Source: Akkermansiaceae bacterium
Lineage (GTDB): Bacteria > Verrucomicrobiota > Verrucomicrobiia > Verrucomicrobiales > Akkermansiaceae
DNA: 63,116 nucleotides
Reading direction: 5' to 3'
NCBI GenBank assembly: GCA_049609505.1
Contig: JBMYYO010000001.1
Location: 1-63,116, forward strand
Below, piece by piece: positions 36,541-45,451 of the stretch. The notes beneath the pieces are model-generated. The model was given only the letters and a program-made list of their open reading frames with translations. It did not search any database and was not told the origin of the DNA. Position numbers and translations under genes: made by a program. The stretch's first letter is position 1; each line of letters starts with the position of its first letter.

Positions 36541-39150
36541 TTACTCGCTTTGGTAGTGCACCCATTTTTTAGATGACCAAAGTTTTACCACGGTGAGGGC
36601 GAGCACGATGAGGAAGAGCACCCATGCCATTGCGCTGGCGTAGCCCATGCGGAAGTATTGGAAAGATTGTTTGAAGAGGTAGTAGGCGTAGAAGAGAGTA
36701 GCGTCTCCAGGGCCTCCTTGGGTCATGACAAATGCCTCGTTGAAGATCTGCAAGGTGGCGATGGTTCCCATGATTAGATTAAACAAAATATAGGGTGTAA
36801 GCATCGGCAGGGTGATGTGCACGAACTGCTTCCACTTCCCGGCACCATCAATGCGGGCGGCCTCGTAGAGGGACTTGGGAATCGACTGCAAACCAGCGAG
36901 CCAAATAATCATCGCGCCACCCGCCGTCCATAGGTTCATGATGATGAGGGCGGGTTTTGCCCAGTTTTCTTCTTGCAGCCAGTTGGGTGCTTTGATTTCC
37001 CTTTTCAAAACATGGACCTCTAACCACTCGAAGGGGCCAGTGTTAAACGTCCAGTCTAGGATTTGATTTACCACTCCATTCTGCGGGTTGAGGAACCATA
37101 GCCAGAGAAACGAGCTGGCGACCACGGGCATGATCGCGGGCAGGTAGAAGATGGTGCGGAAGGTGCCTACACCACGGAAACTATTCTTGAGTAGAATGGC
37201 GATGCCCAGACCTAACGCCATCGATAACGGCACCCGCATCAGCATGTAGAGTGTGTTGCCGAGGCTCTTGGAAAACAAATCATCCGCCGGCAGGCTGCGG
37301 TAGTTTTCCATGCCAGCGTAGCGTGCGTCTCCTAACACATCATAGTTGGTGAAGCTAATGATCAGGCTAAACAAGATAGGCCCCCCAATAAAAATAATCA
37401 TCGCCAGGAACCACGGCGAGGCAAAGAACATCGCCCAGCCAACTTCACCTTTGCTGTAAAGGCCGCGTTTCTTTCTCATCGAAACAATAATGGCAATGAA
37501 GGGAAGCAGGATGAGTAGGAAATAACCGATCACATAAGGTCGCCAACTGACCACACTGCCACTGGCTGGTGACAGGATGGCATCAAGCCGCTCTTGCACA
37601 TCCTTCTGCACATTTTGCATGGCCACCAGCGCTTCCAGCTCGCGGAGTTTGGCATCTTTTTCATCACCTGTTAGGTGTGGGTAGTCTTTGGCTAACAAGG
37701 CTTTGGCTGGTGCCACCACTAACTTTGGATCATGGTGGACGGCGCTCTCGTAGCCTTTTACGTGTTTGTTCCAGAGTAGCTGACCGACCGGTGTCACGGG
37801 CCGGATGTAGGTGTTCGGGCCGATGTCCCGCATTGCGCCGTAGGCGTCTTTGAATGTCCGCGGGATCTCATCATTGTTGAAAACTTCTTCATCAAGGATT
37901 TGCTCAAAGAGTTTCTGCTTGGCAGAGCCGCGGGGGAGGTAGAGCCGCCCCGCACTTTCTTGTGTTTCCCGATATTCTTGCTCCATGTAGCGGAGAGTTT
38001 TATCTGATAGGAGGAACTGCATCAGCTTGAAGGCCCCCTCTTTTTGCCGGGATGATGTTGGCATCACATAGGCGTAGCCGCCAGACCATGTGAGCGGGAC
38101 TTCTCCTGCATCTAACCGATCCTGCGGCATTGGTGGCGGGGTGACGATGAAGTCCATGTCCCGCTTGTGAGCGGCGATCAGATCGAGCGCCCAGTTGCCG
38201 TCGATTTTCATCGCAACCTGGCCTGTTAGGAATGGGTCCATCGCGCCTTCATAGGCGAAGCTTGAGCGATAAGCCTCCACGTTTTTGAACCCACCGAGGT
38301 CATCATAAACATCCGTCATGTATTGCAGAGCGCGGATCACGGGCGGGGAATCCATCGTTACCTTCGTGCGGGTGGGATCAAGAAACTCACCGCCAGCTTG
38401 CCAGGCGTAGAGGTAGAGCCAGGAGTTTCCAAGGTTTGGCGCAAAGCCGATTCTACTGAGGCCTTCTGTTGGGTTGTTAGGGTTGTTAAAGCGAGAGAGC
38501 TTGAACCCGTAGTCGCGAAGTTCCTGCCAGTTCTTTGGTGGGATCACATTGCCTTGCGCGTCCTGATATCCCTGCTGGCGGAGGAGATCTGCATTGAGGT
38601 AGAGCATGCGGAAGTCCACCGTGGTAGGCATTCCGTAGAGGTGTGGGGTCTCGCCGCTGTTAGGTTTTGCATAGCTGGCTTCCTCCAGCGCAAAGTGGTA
38701 GAAATCCTGTGGATCGATCCGCATCGGGTCATTAATATCTTGGTTTTCAATCCAAGGAGTAAGATCTTCAAAGGCATCTTTAGCCGCCCACTCACCGATG
38801 GCGAAGCGGTCAAAAAACACCACGTCCGGCGGCACGCCACCCGCGATCGCCGTCAGCAAACGCTGTGCATCTCCAACGATATCCTTGGTCACCGGCACGC
38901 TATAAACCACCTTATACTGGGGGTTTTCTTTTTCAAATGCCCGTAGCACAGGCATCATTTGGTCCGTCAGGCGTGGGTTCCCCCAGAACACAATCTCGGT
39001 CCGCCCGTCCGCCAGCTCATCGCTGTGTGTGCTCTGCCAGGTCCACACACCAAGGGCGGCGATGAGTAGCAGGAAAACAATCACCGCCACCCGCAAGGAC
39101 ACCTGCCCAGGTGAGTGGGCGGCGGTTTGCTGAGTGATCGATCGTTTCAT
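36541..39150 (-). CDS. Sugar solute-binding protein fused to ABC permease (MalF-type)
   Basis: SBP motifs AGGVPPDV, FLTGQVAMKIDGNW; C-terminal permease with IPKSLYEAARIDGA and MGYASAMAW. Confidence 0.92.
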   Translation of the reverse strand: MKRSITQQTAAHSPGQVSLRVAVIVFLLLIAALGVWTWQSTHSDELADGRTEIVFWGNPRLTDQMMPVLRAFEKENPQYKVVYSVPVTKDIVGDAQRLLTAIAGGVPPDVVFFDRFAIGEWAAKDAFEDLTPWIENQDINDPMRIDPQDFYHFALEEASYAKPNSGETPHLYGMPTTVDFRMLYLNADLLRQQGYQDAQGNVIPPKNWQELRDYGFKLSRFNNPNNPTEGLSRIGFAPNLGNSWLYLYAWQAGGEFLDPTRTKVTMDSPPVIRALQYMTDVYDDLGGFKNVEAYRSSFAYEGAMDPFLTGQVAMKIDGNWALDLIAAHKRDMDFIVTPPPMPQDRLDAGEVPLTWSGGYAYVMPTSSRQKEGAFKLMQFLLSDKTLRYMEQEYRETQESAGRLYLPRGSAKQKLFEQILDEEVFNNDEIPRTFKDAYGAMRDIGPNTYIRPVTPVGQLLWNKHVKGYESAVHHDPKLVVAPAKALLAKDYPHLTGDEKDAKLRELEALVAMQNVQKDVQERLDAILSPASGSVVSWRPYVIGYFLLILLPFIAIIVSMRKKRGLYSKGEVGWAMFFASPWFLAMIIFIGGPILFSLIISFTNYDVLGDARYAGMENYRSLPADDLFSKSLGNTLYMLMRVPLSMALGLGIAILLKNSFRGVGTFRTIFYLPAIMPVVASSFLWLWFLNPQNGVVNQILDWTFNTGPFEWLEVHVLKREIKAPNWLQEENWAKPALIIMNLWTAGGAMIIWLAGLQSIPKSLYEAARIDGAGKWKQFVHITLPMLTPYILFNLIMGTIATLQIFNEAFVMTQGGPGDATLFYAYYLFKQSFQYFRMGYASAMAWVLFLIVLALTVVKLWSSKKWVHYQSE

Positions 39151-39279
39151 CCGCCGCAGAGGCTATACGGGAAGCTGCGTGAATGAAGTGAAAAATTTTC
39201 GAGTTTACAACAGGGAGGCGAGGGTGAATTTGCCTTTGATTCTTGAGAGCCGGCATGGCATGGGAAGGGCGTGGATGGA

Positions 39280-40083
39280 ATGACAGAAACTGACAGCCGA
39301 TTTGGTGGAATAGCGAGGCTCTACGGGGTGGATGCCTTGGAGAAATTTTCCCGCGCTCACGTCTGCGTGGTGGGGATTGGAGGTGTTGGCTCGTGGATTG
39401 TGGAGGCGCTTGCGAGATCAGGTGTTGGTGCCATTACGATGATCGATCTCGATGAGATTTGTGTTTCTAACATCAATCGCCAATTGCACGCGATGGATGG
39501 GGAGATTGGCAAACAAAAAACCGATGCCATGGCGGAGAGGATTCGCGCTATTCACCCTGGTTGCAAAGTGAATTGTGAACAAACATTCTTCAGCAAAAAA
39601 AATGCGGACAAGCTCTTGAGCGGTGGTTTTGATTACCTCATTGACGCCATTGATCACACCCTTGCCAAGAGCCATCTGCTTGCGGAATGCCACCGTAGAA
39701 AGATCCCCGTCATCACCTGCGGCGGTGCAGGGGGCTTGCGTGATCCTTCACAAATCCAGGTTGATGATCTCGCCCGTTCATACAATGACGCGGTGCTTAA
39801 TCAGGTGAGGAAAGACCTGCGTAACCACTACGGCTTCCCGCGCGGAGCTGATCCGGCGAAGAAGCTGAAGCTCAAAAAATTTGGCATCGAGTGTGTATTC
39901 TCTACGGAAGTTCCCGTCTTCCCACAGTGCGATGGTTCAGTTTCTAACAGGCGACCTGAAGAAGGAGAAGGCAAAGGTGGCCGGCTTAATTGCGCGGCTG
40001 GCTTTGGCAGCATCACCCACATGACGGCGAGTGTTGGCTTTCATGCCGTGGCGAGATGCCTCGCGTGTTTGGCAGGTGCTTAG
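39280..40083 (+). CDS. tcdA: tRNA threonylcarbamoyladenosine dehydratase (ThiF family)
   Basis: RFGGIARLYG, VVGIGGVGSWIVEALARSG, SNINRQLHA, GGAGG, CVFSTE, LNCAAGFGS. Confidence 0.92.
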   Translation: MTETDSRFGGIARLYGVDALEKFSRAHVCVVGIGGVGSWIVEALARSGVGAITMIDLDEICVSNINRQLHAMDGEIGKQKTDAMAERIRAIHPGCKVNCEQTFFSKKNADKLLSGGFDYLIDAIDHTLAKSHLLAECHRRKIPVITCGGAGGLRDPSQIQVDDLARSYNDAVLNQVRKDLRNHYGFPRGADPAKKLKLKKFGIECVFSTEVPVFPQCDGSVSNRRPEEGEGKGGRLNCAAGFGSITHMTASVGFHAVARCLACLAGA

Positions 40084-40303
40084 CGCTTGAGAGTTAGGCC
40101 TTTTGGTAGCTTTTGTCTGTTTTGATCAAGAGCACTATTCAGACAGCGGCGGTAAGGAATGATGGGCATGTGCGTGCGTGTTCTAACAAGGTAATTTTAA
40201 CCTTGTGAACCCCTCTCTGAGGTATAGAATGAAGAGCGAAATGTCGATCGAAGGCAGCAAAAATACCCCCTGCCGATTTTAAGACAGCACAGAATGATTC
40301 ATT

Positions 40304-41050
40304 ATGAAACAGAAATACAAACTAAAAACAGGTGCCATTATCGGTGCTACGGTAGCCTGCACAGCCGTGGCAGCTACAGCAGCCACAACGGTGACCGGAC
40401 AGCTTGTAAACGTCGATTTTGACGGCACAGGTGGCGTCGGAGCAGACCCTTCACCTCGCACCTTCGATGGTGATCTTACTAACGGTCCAGCAACTGCTGA
40501 CAGCATTAGTTGGGTGGACTCGACAACAGGGAATGATACATGGAATGGCACTATTGATGCAACCTCGGGAACCGCTACATCACTACTAGACTCAACTGGT
40601 GCTGTAACCACAGTGAACGTTTCTTGGTCAGGATTTAATTTCACCTATGACAACTACGGAAATAACCGCCTTGGCAATACCAAAACAAACGGTCCCAACG
40701 GCGACGGCTTCTTTACAAGTAATAACAATACCAATGTAGGTTCTGTTACCATTTCAGGTCTCGTCGATGGAGGTCTCTACAATCTCTCCGTTATCGGTGC
40801 AGGTGATGAGACGGACGTGACAGTCGGTGGTAGCACTCAAACGATGGCTACTTGGAATTCTGGCACAAACCCTGATCAGTATGTAGATTTTCTTAATGTG
40901 GTAGCCACAGGCGGTAGTATTACCTACACCGTTAGCGGCGCAAACAGTGATGCCACTGGTGGTTTTCAAATTAATGCTGTTCCTGAGCCATCAAGCCTTT
41001 CGCTTTTGGGTCTCTCAGCTTTGAGTTTGGCATTCAGACGCAAACGCTAA
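40304..41050 (+). CDS. PEP-CTERM surface protein (Thr/Gly/Asn-rich)
   Basis: Signal peptide; VPEPSSLSLLGLSALSLAFRRKR. Confidence 0.92.
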   Translation: MKQKYKLKTGAIIGATVACTAVAATAATTVTGQLVNVDFDGTGGVGADPSPRTFDGDLTNGPATADSISWVDSTTGNDTWNGTIDATSGTATSLLDSTGAVTTVNVSWSGFNFTYDNYGNNRLGNTKTNGPNGDGFFTSNNNTNVGSVTISGLVDGGLYNLSVIGAGDETDVTVGGSTQTMATWNSGTNPDQYVDFLNVVATGGSITYTVSGANSDATGGFQINAVPEPSSLSLLGLSALSLAFRRKR

Positions 41051-41071
41051 ACATATTGTTATTTTTTACTC

Positions 41072-41106
41072 AACACCCTAGCTGGTTTACGGCTAGGGTG
41101 TTTTTT
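41072..41106 (+). terminator. Intrinsic terminator
   Basis: AACACCCTAGC/GCTAGGGTGTT perfect stem plus T tract. Confidence 0.85.
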
Positions 41107-41138
41107 GTTTCTATAAGGCATTTAGCCCCCTTCATCAG

Positions 41139-42677
41139 ATGAATCTTTCAAGTGAACTTCAGCACTGTCAGCGGCTTGCCAGAGAGGGAAGCGCAGTTGC
41201 TGCCAAAGGCCAGCTTCATAAGCTAATAGCTCAGGCAATCAGCGCAGGTCAGCTCAAGATTATGATTTCTGCCGCGGAGGAATCTCTCGGTATCTACGAT
41301 TGGGAATATGCGATACGTGTATTTCGCAAAGCCCTGTCCCTCACCAAGCAGGATAGAGGGGAGACGGCTCTTTCCATAGGATATTCATTGCTAAAACACA
41401 GCAGGTATCTGGAATCAGTTGAAATGTTAGAAATTGCTAGGGTGGAATTTCCGGATAGCGACTTCCGCGCGCCGCTTTTGCTAGCGGATGCTTATGAGCG
41501 GCTCAATCAGCTTGACCGAGCTAAAGAACAAATTGACGTCGTCCTGAAATATCACCCAAACTCTATTCCTGCACACCGGCTGGCAGCCTCAGTGGCGCGT
41601 CAAGAAGGGCGGCTAGATGATGCCTTGAAACAACTCGCCGCAATGGATGAAAAATCCATCCCCATGCACTGGGAATCTGCGCGCGCTTGGTATGAAAAAG
41701 GCCAAATCCACGATAAGGCGGGCGAGTATGAAAAGGCTATAAATTCATGGCAAATGGCCAAGCAGTATTACCCAAACGATGCCAACTATAAGCTCTTTGT
41801 CAACCAAGCGAACTTCATCATTCATCATCCAGACCGCGTCTTTGATTCCCTTACATCAGAACAGTTGAAAGACTGGCGTGATTCCGTAAAATCCTATTCT
41901 AAGATACAACGGCTTACCGTTCTAGCAGGGCACCCGCGTAGTGGTACAACTCTCCTCGAACAAGCACTGGACGCCCACTCAGATGCAACCTCTGCTGAAG
42001 AAACATCCATTTTTAGTGCAACGGTTCATGGGCCTATCTTTGAAGGTCAACCGGCAAACATCGCGCAATCACAAATTCTTGAGAACATCCCCAAAAGCAG
42101 GCTGATCAAATACCGCCGAGGCTATAAAACTCTCATCGACTTAGCATTGGAAGAGAAGTCGAATGGGCGCATGATCATTGACAAAAACCCGGACTTATTA
42201 CAGCTGTTGCCAACATTGCTGCGTGTTCTTCCTGAAGCACGTATTCTGCTGGCGCTCCGAGACCCTCGTGACATTTTGATATCGATTTTTTCTCAACCGC
42301 TGCCCCCGAACCACAACTCTATTTGCCATCTTAGCCTCGACTCGTCCTCCAAGTTCGTCGCCAAAAGATTAGGCTTATGGTTGAAGCTGCGAGATCTCGC
42401 ACCCGATATAGCTTGTGTTTTGAAATATGAAAATCTCGTTAAAGACTTCCAAGGTGAAGTCACACGGGCTCTCGATCACATGGAGCTACCATGGGATGAC
42501 CGTTGCGCAGATCCAGCAAAGCGAGCCATCCAGAGAGTTGTTCAATCGCCAACTTACGCAGATGTTAGAGAGCCTGTGCATTCAAAAGCCATCGGGCGCT
42601 GGAAAAATTACCAACCTTGGATTGAGCCTCATTTAGAGACGTTAAGCAAGGTTGTTGATTCGCTTGGATACGTGTAA
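41139..42677 (+). CDS. TPR-containing sulfotransferase
   Basis: N-terminal TPR-like repeats; 5'-PSB GHPRSGTTLLE, DKNP, 3'-PB RDPRD, YENLV, IGRWKNY. Confidence 0.9.
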   Translation: MNLSSELQHCQRLAREGSAVAAKGQLHKLIAQAISAGQLKIMISAAEESLGIYDWEYAIRVFRKALSLTKQDRGETALSIGYSLLKHSRYLESVEMLEIARVEFPDSDFRAPLLLADAYERLNQLDRAKEQIDVVLKYHPNSIPAHRLAASVARQEGRLDDALKQLAAMDEKSIPMHWESARAWYEKGQIHDKAGEYEKAINSWQMAKQYYPNDANYKLFVNQANFIIHHPDRVFDSLTSEQLKDWRDSVKSYSKIQRLTVLAGHPRSGTTLLEQALDAHSDATSAEETSIFSATVHGPIFEGQPANIAQSQILENIPKSRLIKYRRGYKTLIDLALEEKSNGRMIIDKNPDLLQLLPTLLRVLPEARILLALRDPRDILISIFSQPLPPNHNSICHLSLDSSSKFVAKRLGLWLKLRDLAPDIACVLKYENLVKDFQGEVTRALDHMELPWDDRCADPAKRAIQRVVQSPTYADVREPVHSKAIGRWKNYQPWIEPHLETLSKVVDSLGYV

Positions 42678-42822
42678 GTTTTGCGCAAATTGCCAGACTC
42701 CTCTCTAAACTCACTGGCGATTAAGAAGGAGCACGGAATAGTAGTCCGTAGGCTTCCTTTACGTCACGGCGGTTATCCACCTTAGCTTGACAGATGGTGA
42801 GTGCTGACTAAGACTCACCGCC

Positions 42823-43239
42823 ATGCAGCCGACCCAGTTCATTGATGCCGTGCAGTCCGTGCTTTCACGGGACTCACGTTATGATATTGGGGCGTATTAT
42901 TTTTTGAAAGATGCTTTAGATTTCACGGTGAAGCGTGTGATGGAGCACAATGATGGCGAGCAACGTCATGTGGCTGCTAGTGAGCTTTTGTTTGGCTTCC
43001 GAGATTATGCGATTCTTGAGTATGGACCGATGGCGAGCACGCTTATGCGCGAGTGGGGCTTGAGCTCATGCGCGGATATTGGCGAGATGGTTTTTATGCT
43101 GATCGATGAGGGAGTGTTCGGGAAGCAGGACTCAGATACGCCGGAGGACTTTGCCGAGCTATTCCCTCTCATTGAATCACTAGACGCGCCGTTTCTACCT
43201 AGCTCGCCAGTGCCTAAGATGAAACAGGCTGCGGTCTAA
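42823..43239 (+). CDS. Minf_1886-like Verrucomicrobia/Planctomycetes-restricted protein
   Basis: DSRYDIGAYYFLKDAL, RHV...ELL, YGPMA...EWG...DIGEMVF...GKQDSD. Confidence 0.85.
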   Translation: MQPTQFIDAVQSVLSRDSRYDIGAYYFLKDALDFTVKRVMEHNDGEQRHVAASELLFGFRDYAILEYGPMASTLMREWGLSSCADIGEMVFMLIDEGVFGKQDSDTPEDFAELFPLIESLDAPFLPSSPVPKMKQAAV

Positions 43240-44309
43240 CATTTACTGATCGAAGCACCGGGAAAGTATTCCGGGATGAGAACTTTCTGATCCTTGCCTA
43301 CGCCTTTAACGAGGGATTCTAGCCTCCGTGTCATGTTTCTTGCCATGGTGTTGGAATCGAGCGTGTAGTAATCGATTTTTGGTAAGAGTGCCTCGTAGAT
43401 GTTATCGTGTGTGAGGGACACCAGTGAAATGTTGTTAGGCACGCGGAAGCCGTGGGTGGCTAACCATGAGATCAGTGTGAGCACTTGGCGGGTGCGGGTG
43501 GCGATGATGGCGGTGGGGGGATTCTCTGTGGCAAGTACGGTATGCAGGGCACTCGCCACGCCTTCCGTGGTGCCGTGATCAGTCATGCAGTGAAGGTGGG
43601 TTTCGTCAGATTCTTGAGCGAGTGCGTTTTCTAGTCCCTTTTGGGCAGCAAAGAGCCCTTGAAGCTGTGTGTCTGGCATCATGAGGCCAATCGAGCGGTG
43701 GCCTTTGCGGAGAAGGAGTGCCCCGGCGTGCAGGCCGGCGGCTTGCCAGTCTATATCAAGGCTGGGGAGCTGGATGCCGGGGTAGGGGTAGCCACGCACG
43801 ATGCACGGGATGTTTTCTTTCTCAAACCACAATTGGATTTCCTCACTGGATTGGTAGAGGATCCAAGCATCACAGTTGGTGGAATCAATGAGCTCACGTA
43901 ACCGATGACCAGGACGCTTGTTAGTGAAAATAGAAGGTGTGTGGATATCGAGAGTAATGTTCTGGCGTGCCAGCATCTCGCGCAGGCGGTCCACCTCGAT
44001 GAGCATGGTGGGCACAAGCTCTTCAAGCCTTCTGGGAGATAGGAAACCGATCCGGTGTTGGCGCTTTTTTGGAGCCTTGGCGGATTTTTGTTTTAAGATT
44101 TTACGCCGTTTTCCGTGTGCTCTGGCACTGATCCATCCTTGTTTCTCAAGCTCTGCGAGTGCGATGCGGACGGTATCCCGGCCGATTTGCAGGCTTGTGG
44201 CCAAGCTCCGCTCCCCGGGTAAGTGATCTTTGAGTTCGCCCGATGAGATCATTTCCTGAATGACCTGTACGGCTTGTGCGGCAAGGGATATGCGTTGCGG
44301 GATTTGCAT
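43236..44309 (-). CDS. GntR-type wHTH + LacI-type sensor regulator, divergent from nan operon
   Basis: LPGERSLATSLQIGRDTVRIAL; GHRSIGL, GFRVPNNISLVS; same architecture as 15660..16736. Confidence 0.9.
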   Translation of the reverse strand: MQIPQRISLAAQAVQVIQEMISSGELKDHLPGERSLATSLQIGRDTVRIALAELEKQGWISARAHGKRRKILKQKSAKAPKKRQHRIGFLSPRRLEELVPTMLIEVDRLREMLARQNITLDIHTPSIFTNKRPGHRLRELIDSTNCDAWILYQSSEEIQLWFEKENIPCIVRGYPYPGIQLPSLDIDWQAAGLHAGALLLRKGHRSIGLMMPDTQLQGLFAAQKGLENALAQESDETHLHCMTDHGTTEGVASALHTVLATENPPTAIIATRTRQVLTLISWLATHGFRVPNNISLVSLTHDNIYEALLPKIDYYTLDSNTMARNMTRRLESLVKGVGKDQKVLIPEYFPGASISKC

Positions 44310-44317
44310 GAGCTAAG

Positions 44318-44373
44318 GGATAAACCACTCTGGTATAAAAAACAAACCATTTCCTTTATGTTGTCGTTTATCC
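44318..44373. promoter_or_regulatory. Candidate operator elements in divergent regulator/nanA promoter region
   Basis: GGATAAAC (44318-44325) and GTTTATCC (44366-44373) inverted pair; ACCA-CTC-TGGT at 44324-44334. Confidence 0.4.
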
Positions 44374-44412
44374 ATCTTTTGGGCTAGTTAAATAAGTTTC
44401 TCAAACAATTAA

Positions 44413-45345
44413 ATGAACGCATTAAACATAGACGGCCTTGTAGCCGCGACAGCGACCCCGATGAATCAAGATGGATCGATCAATCTTGATATGATCAAGC
44501 CGCAGGTGGACTACCTCGTCAGTAAGGACGTCAAAGGCATCTACGTGCTAGGTAGCACGGGTGAAGGTTTCTCACTAACGGATGATGAGCGGATGGCGGT
44601 GACAGAGGAATTTGTAAAGGCCAACGCAGGGCGGATGAAAACTTTTGTCCAAGTAGGGCATAACAGCTGGCAGGCATCTGCCATCTTAGCAGCCCACGCG
44701 GAATCCGCTGGTGCGGATGCCGTCTCCGCAACGCCTCCTGGCTACTTTAAACCCGAGGGTGAGCAGGGGCTTCTTAATGGATTAAAAATCATTACCGATG
44801 CCGCGCCTAAGACTCCTTTTTACTACTACCACATTCCGTTTCTATCAGGAGTGGCTATGGATGTGATGAAGTTCACCACCATGGCGTCTGAGCAGTTAGA
44901 GAGCTTCGTAGGGATCAAGTATTCTGACGGCTCAACTCTCTACAACCTCCAAGGAATGCAGCAGGCGGGGCCTAATAAAGAGTTTCTCTCCGGCTCAGAT
45001 GAGGCATACTTGATGTCAGTGGCACAAGGCTACAAGGGTGCTGTCGGTAGCACCTATGGGTATGGCGCTGCGATCTATCAAAATGTGCGTGCCGCCTTTG
45101 AGCGGGGTGACATGGAGGCAGCTAGGGTGTGGCAGCAGCGTGCGATGCTGATGATTGATGCTTTGTTTGCGACTTGTGGTCGCGCTGGGCTGAAAGCTAT
45201 TTGGGGGCTGGTGGGTGTGGACTGTGGTCCTGTGCGCTCACCTTTACCAACAGCATCCGCTGAGCAGATCGAGGAGCTGCGCAAACGTCTGGACAGCTAT
45301 GGATTCTTCGAGTGGGATACGGAGAAGCTTCTGGCATCCGCCTAA
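44413..45345 (+). CDS. nanA: N-acetylneuraminate lyase (DHDPS family)
   Basis: GSTGE, FYYYHIP, Schiff-base GIKYS, GSDE, GAVGSTY; context with sialic acid transporter and epimerase. Confidence 0.85.
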   Translation: MNALNIDGLVAATATPMNQDGSINLDMIKPQVDYLVSKDVKGIYVLGSTGEGFSLTDDERMAVTEEFVKANAGRMKTFVQVGHNSWQASAILAAHAESAGADAVSATPPGYFKPEGEQGLLNGLKIITDAAPKTPFYYYHIPFLSGVAMDVMKFTTMASEQLESFVGIKYSDGSTLYNLQGMQQAGPNKEFLSGSDEAYLMSVAQGYKGAVGSTYGYGAAIYQNVRAAFERGDMEAARVWQQRAMLMIDALFATCGRAGLKAIWGLVGVDCGPVRSPLPTASAEQIEELRKRLDSYGFFEWDTEKLLASA

Positions 45346-45383
45346 ACACGACCCAAAAAACCGCCTTAAAAATTCCCCTTATG

Positions 45384-45420
45384 GGCTGCCTCTGCGGTGA
45401 ATCGCGCAGGCAGCCTTTTT
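45384..45420 (+). terminator. Terminator-like hairpin between nanA and transporter gene
   Basis: GGCTGCCT...AGGCAGCC followed by TTTTT. Confidence 0.7.
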
Positions 45421-45451
45421 ATTATTACCCTATCTAACAAACATACTTATT

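Noticed and set aside
42787-42819. TTGACA plus GGTGAGT/ACTCACC hairpin before the Minf_1886-like gene
   Set aside because: The -10 element is weak and spacing ambiguous; not enough to call a promoter or RNA element
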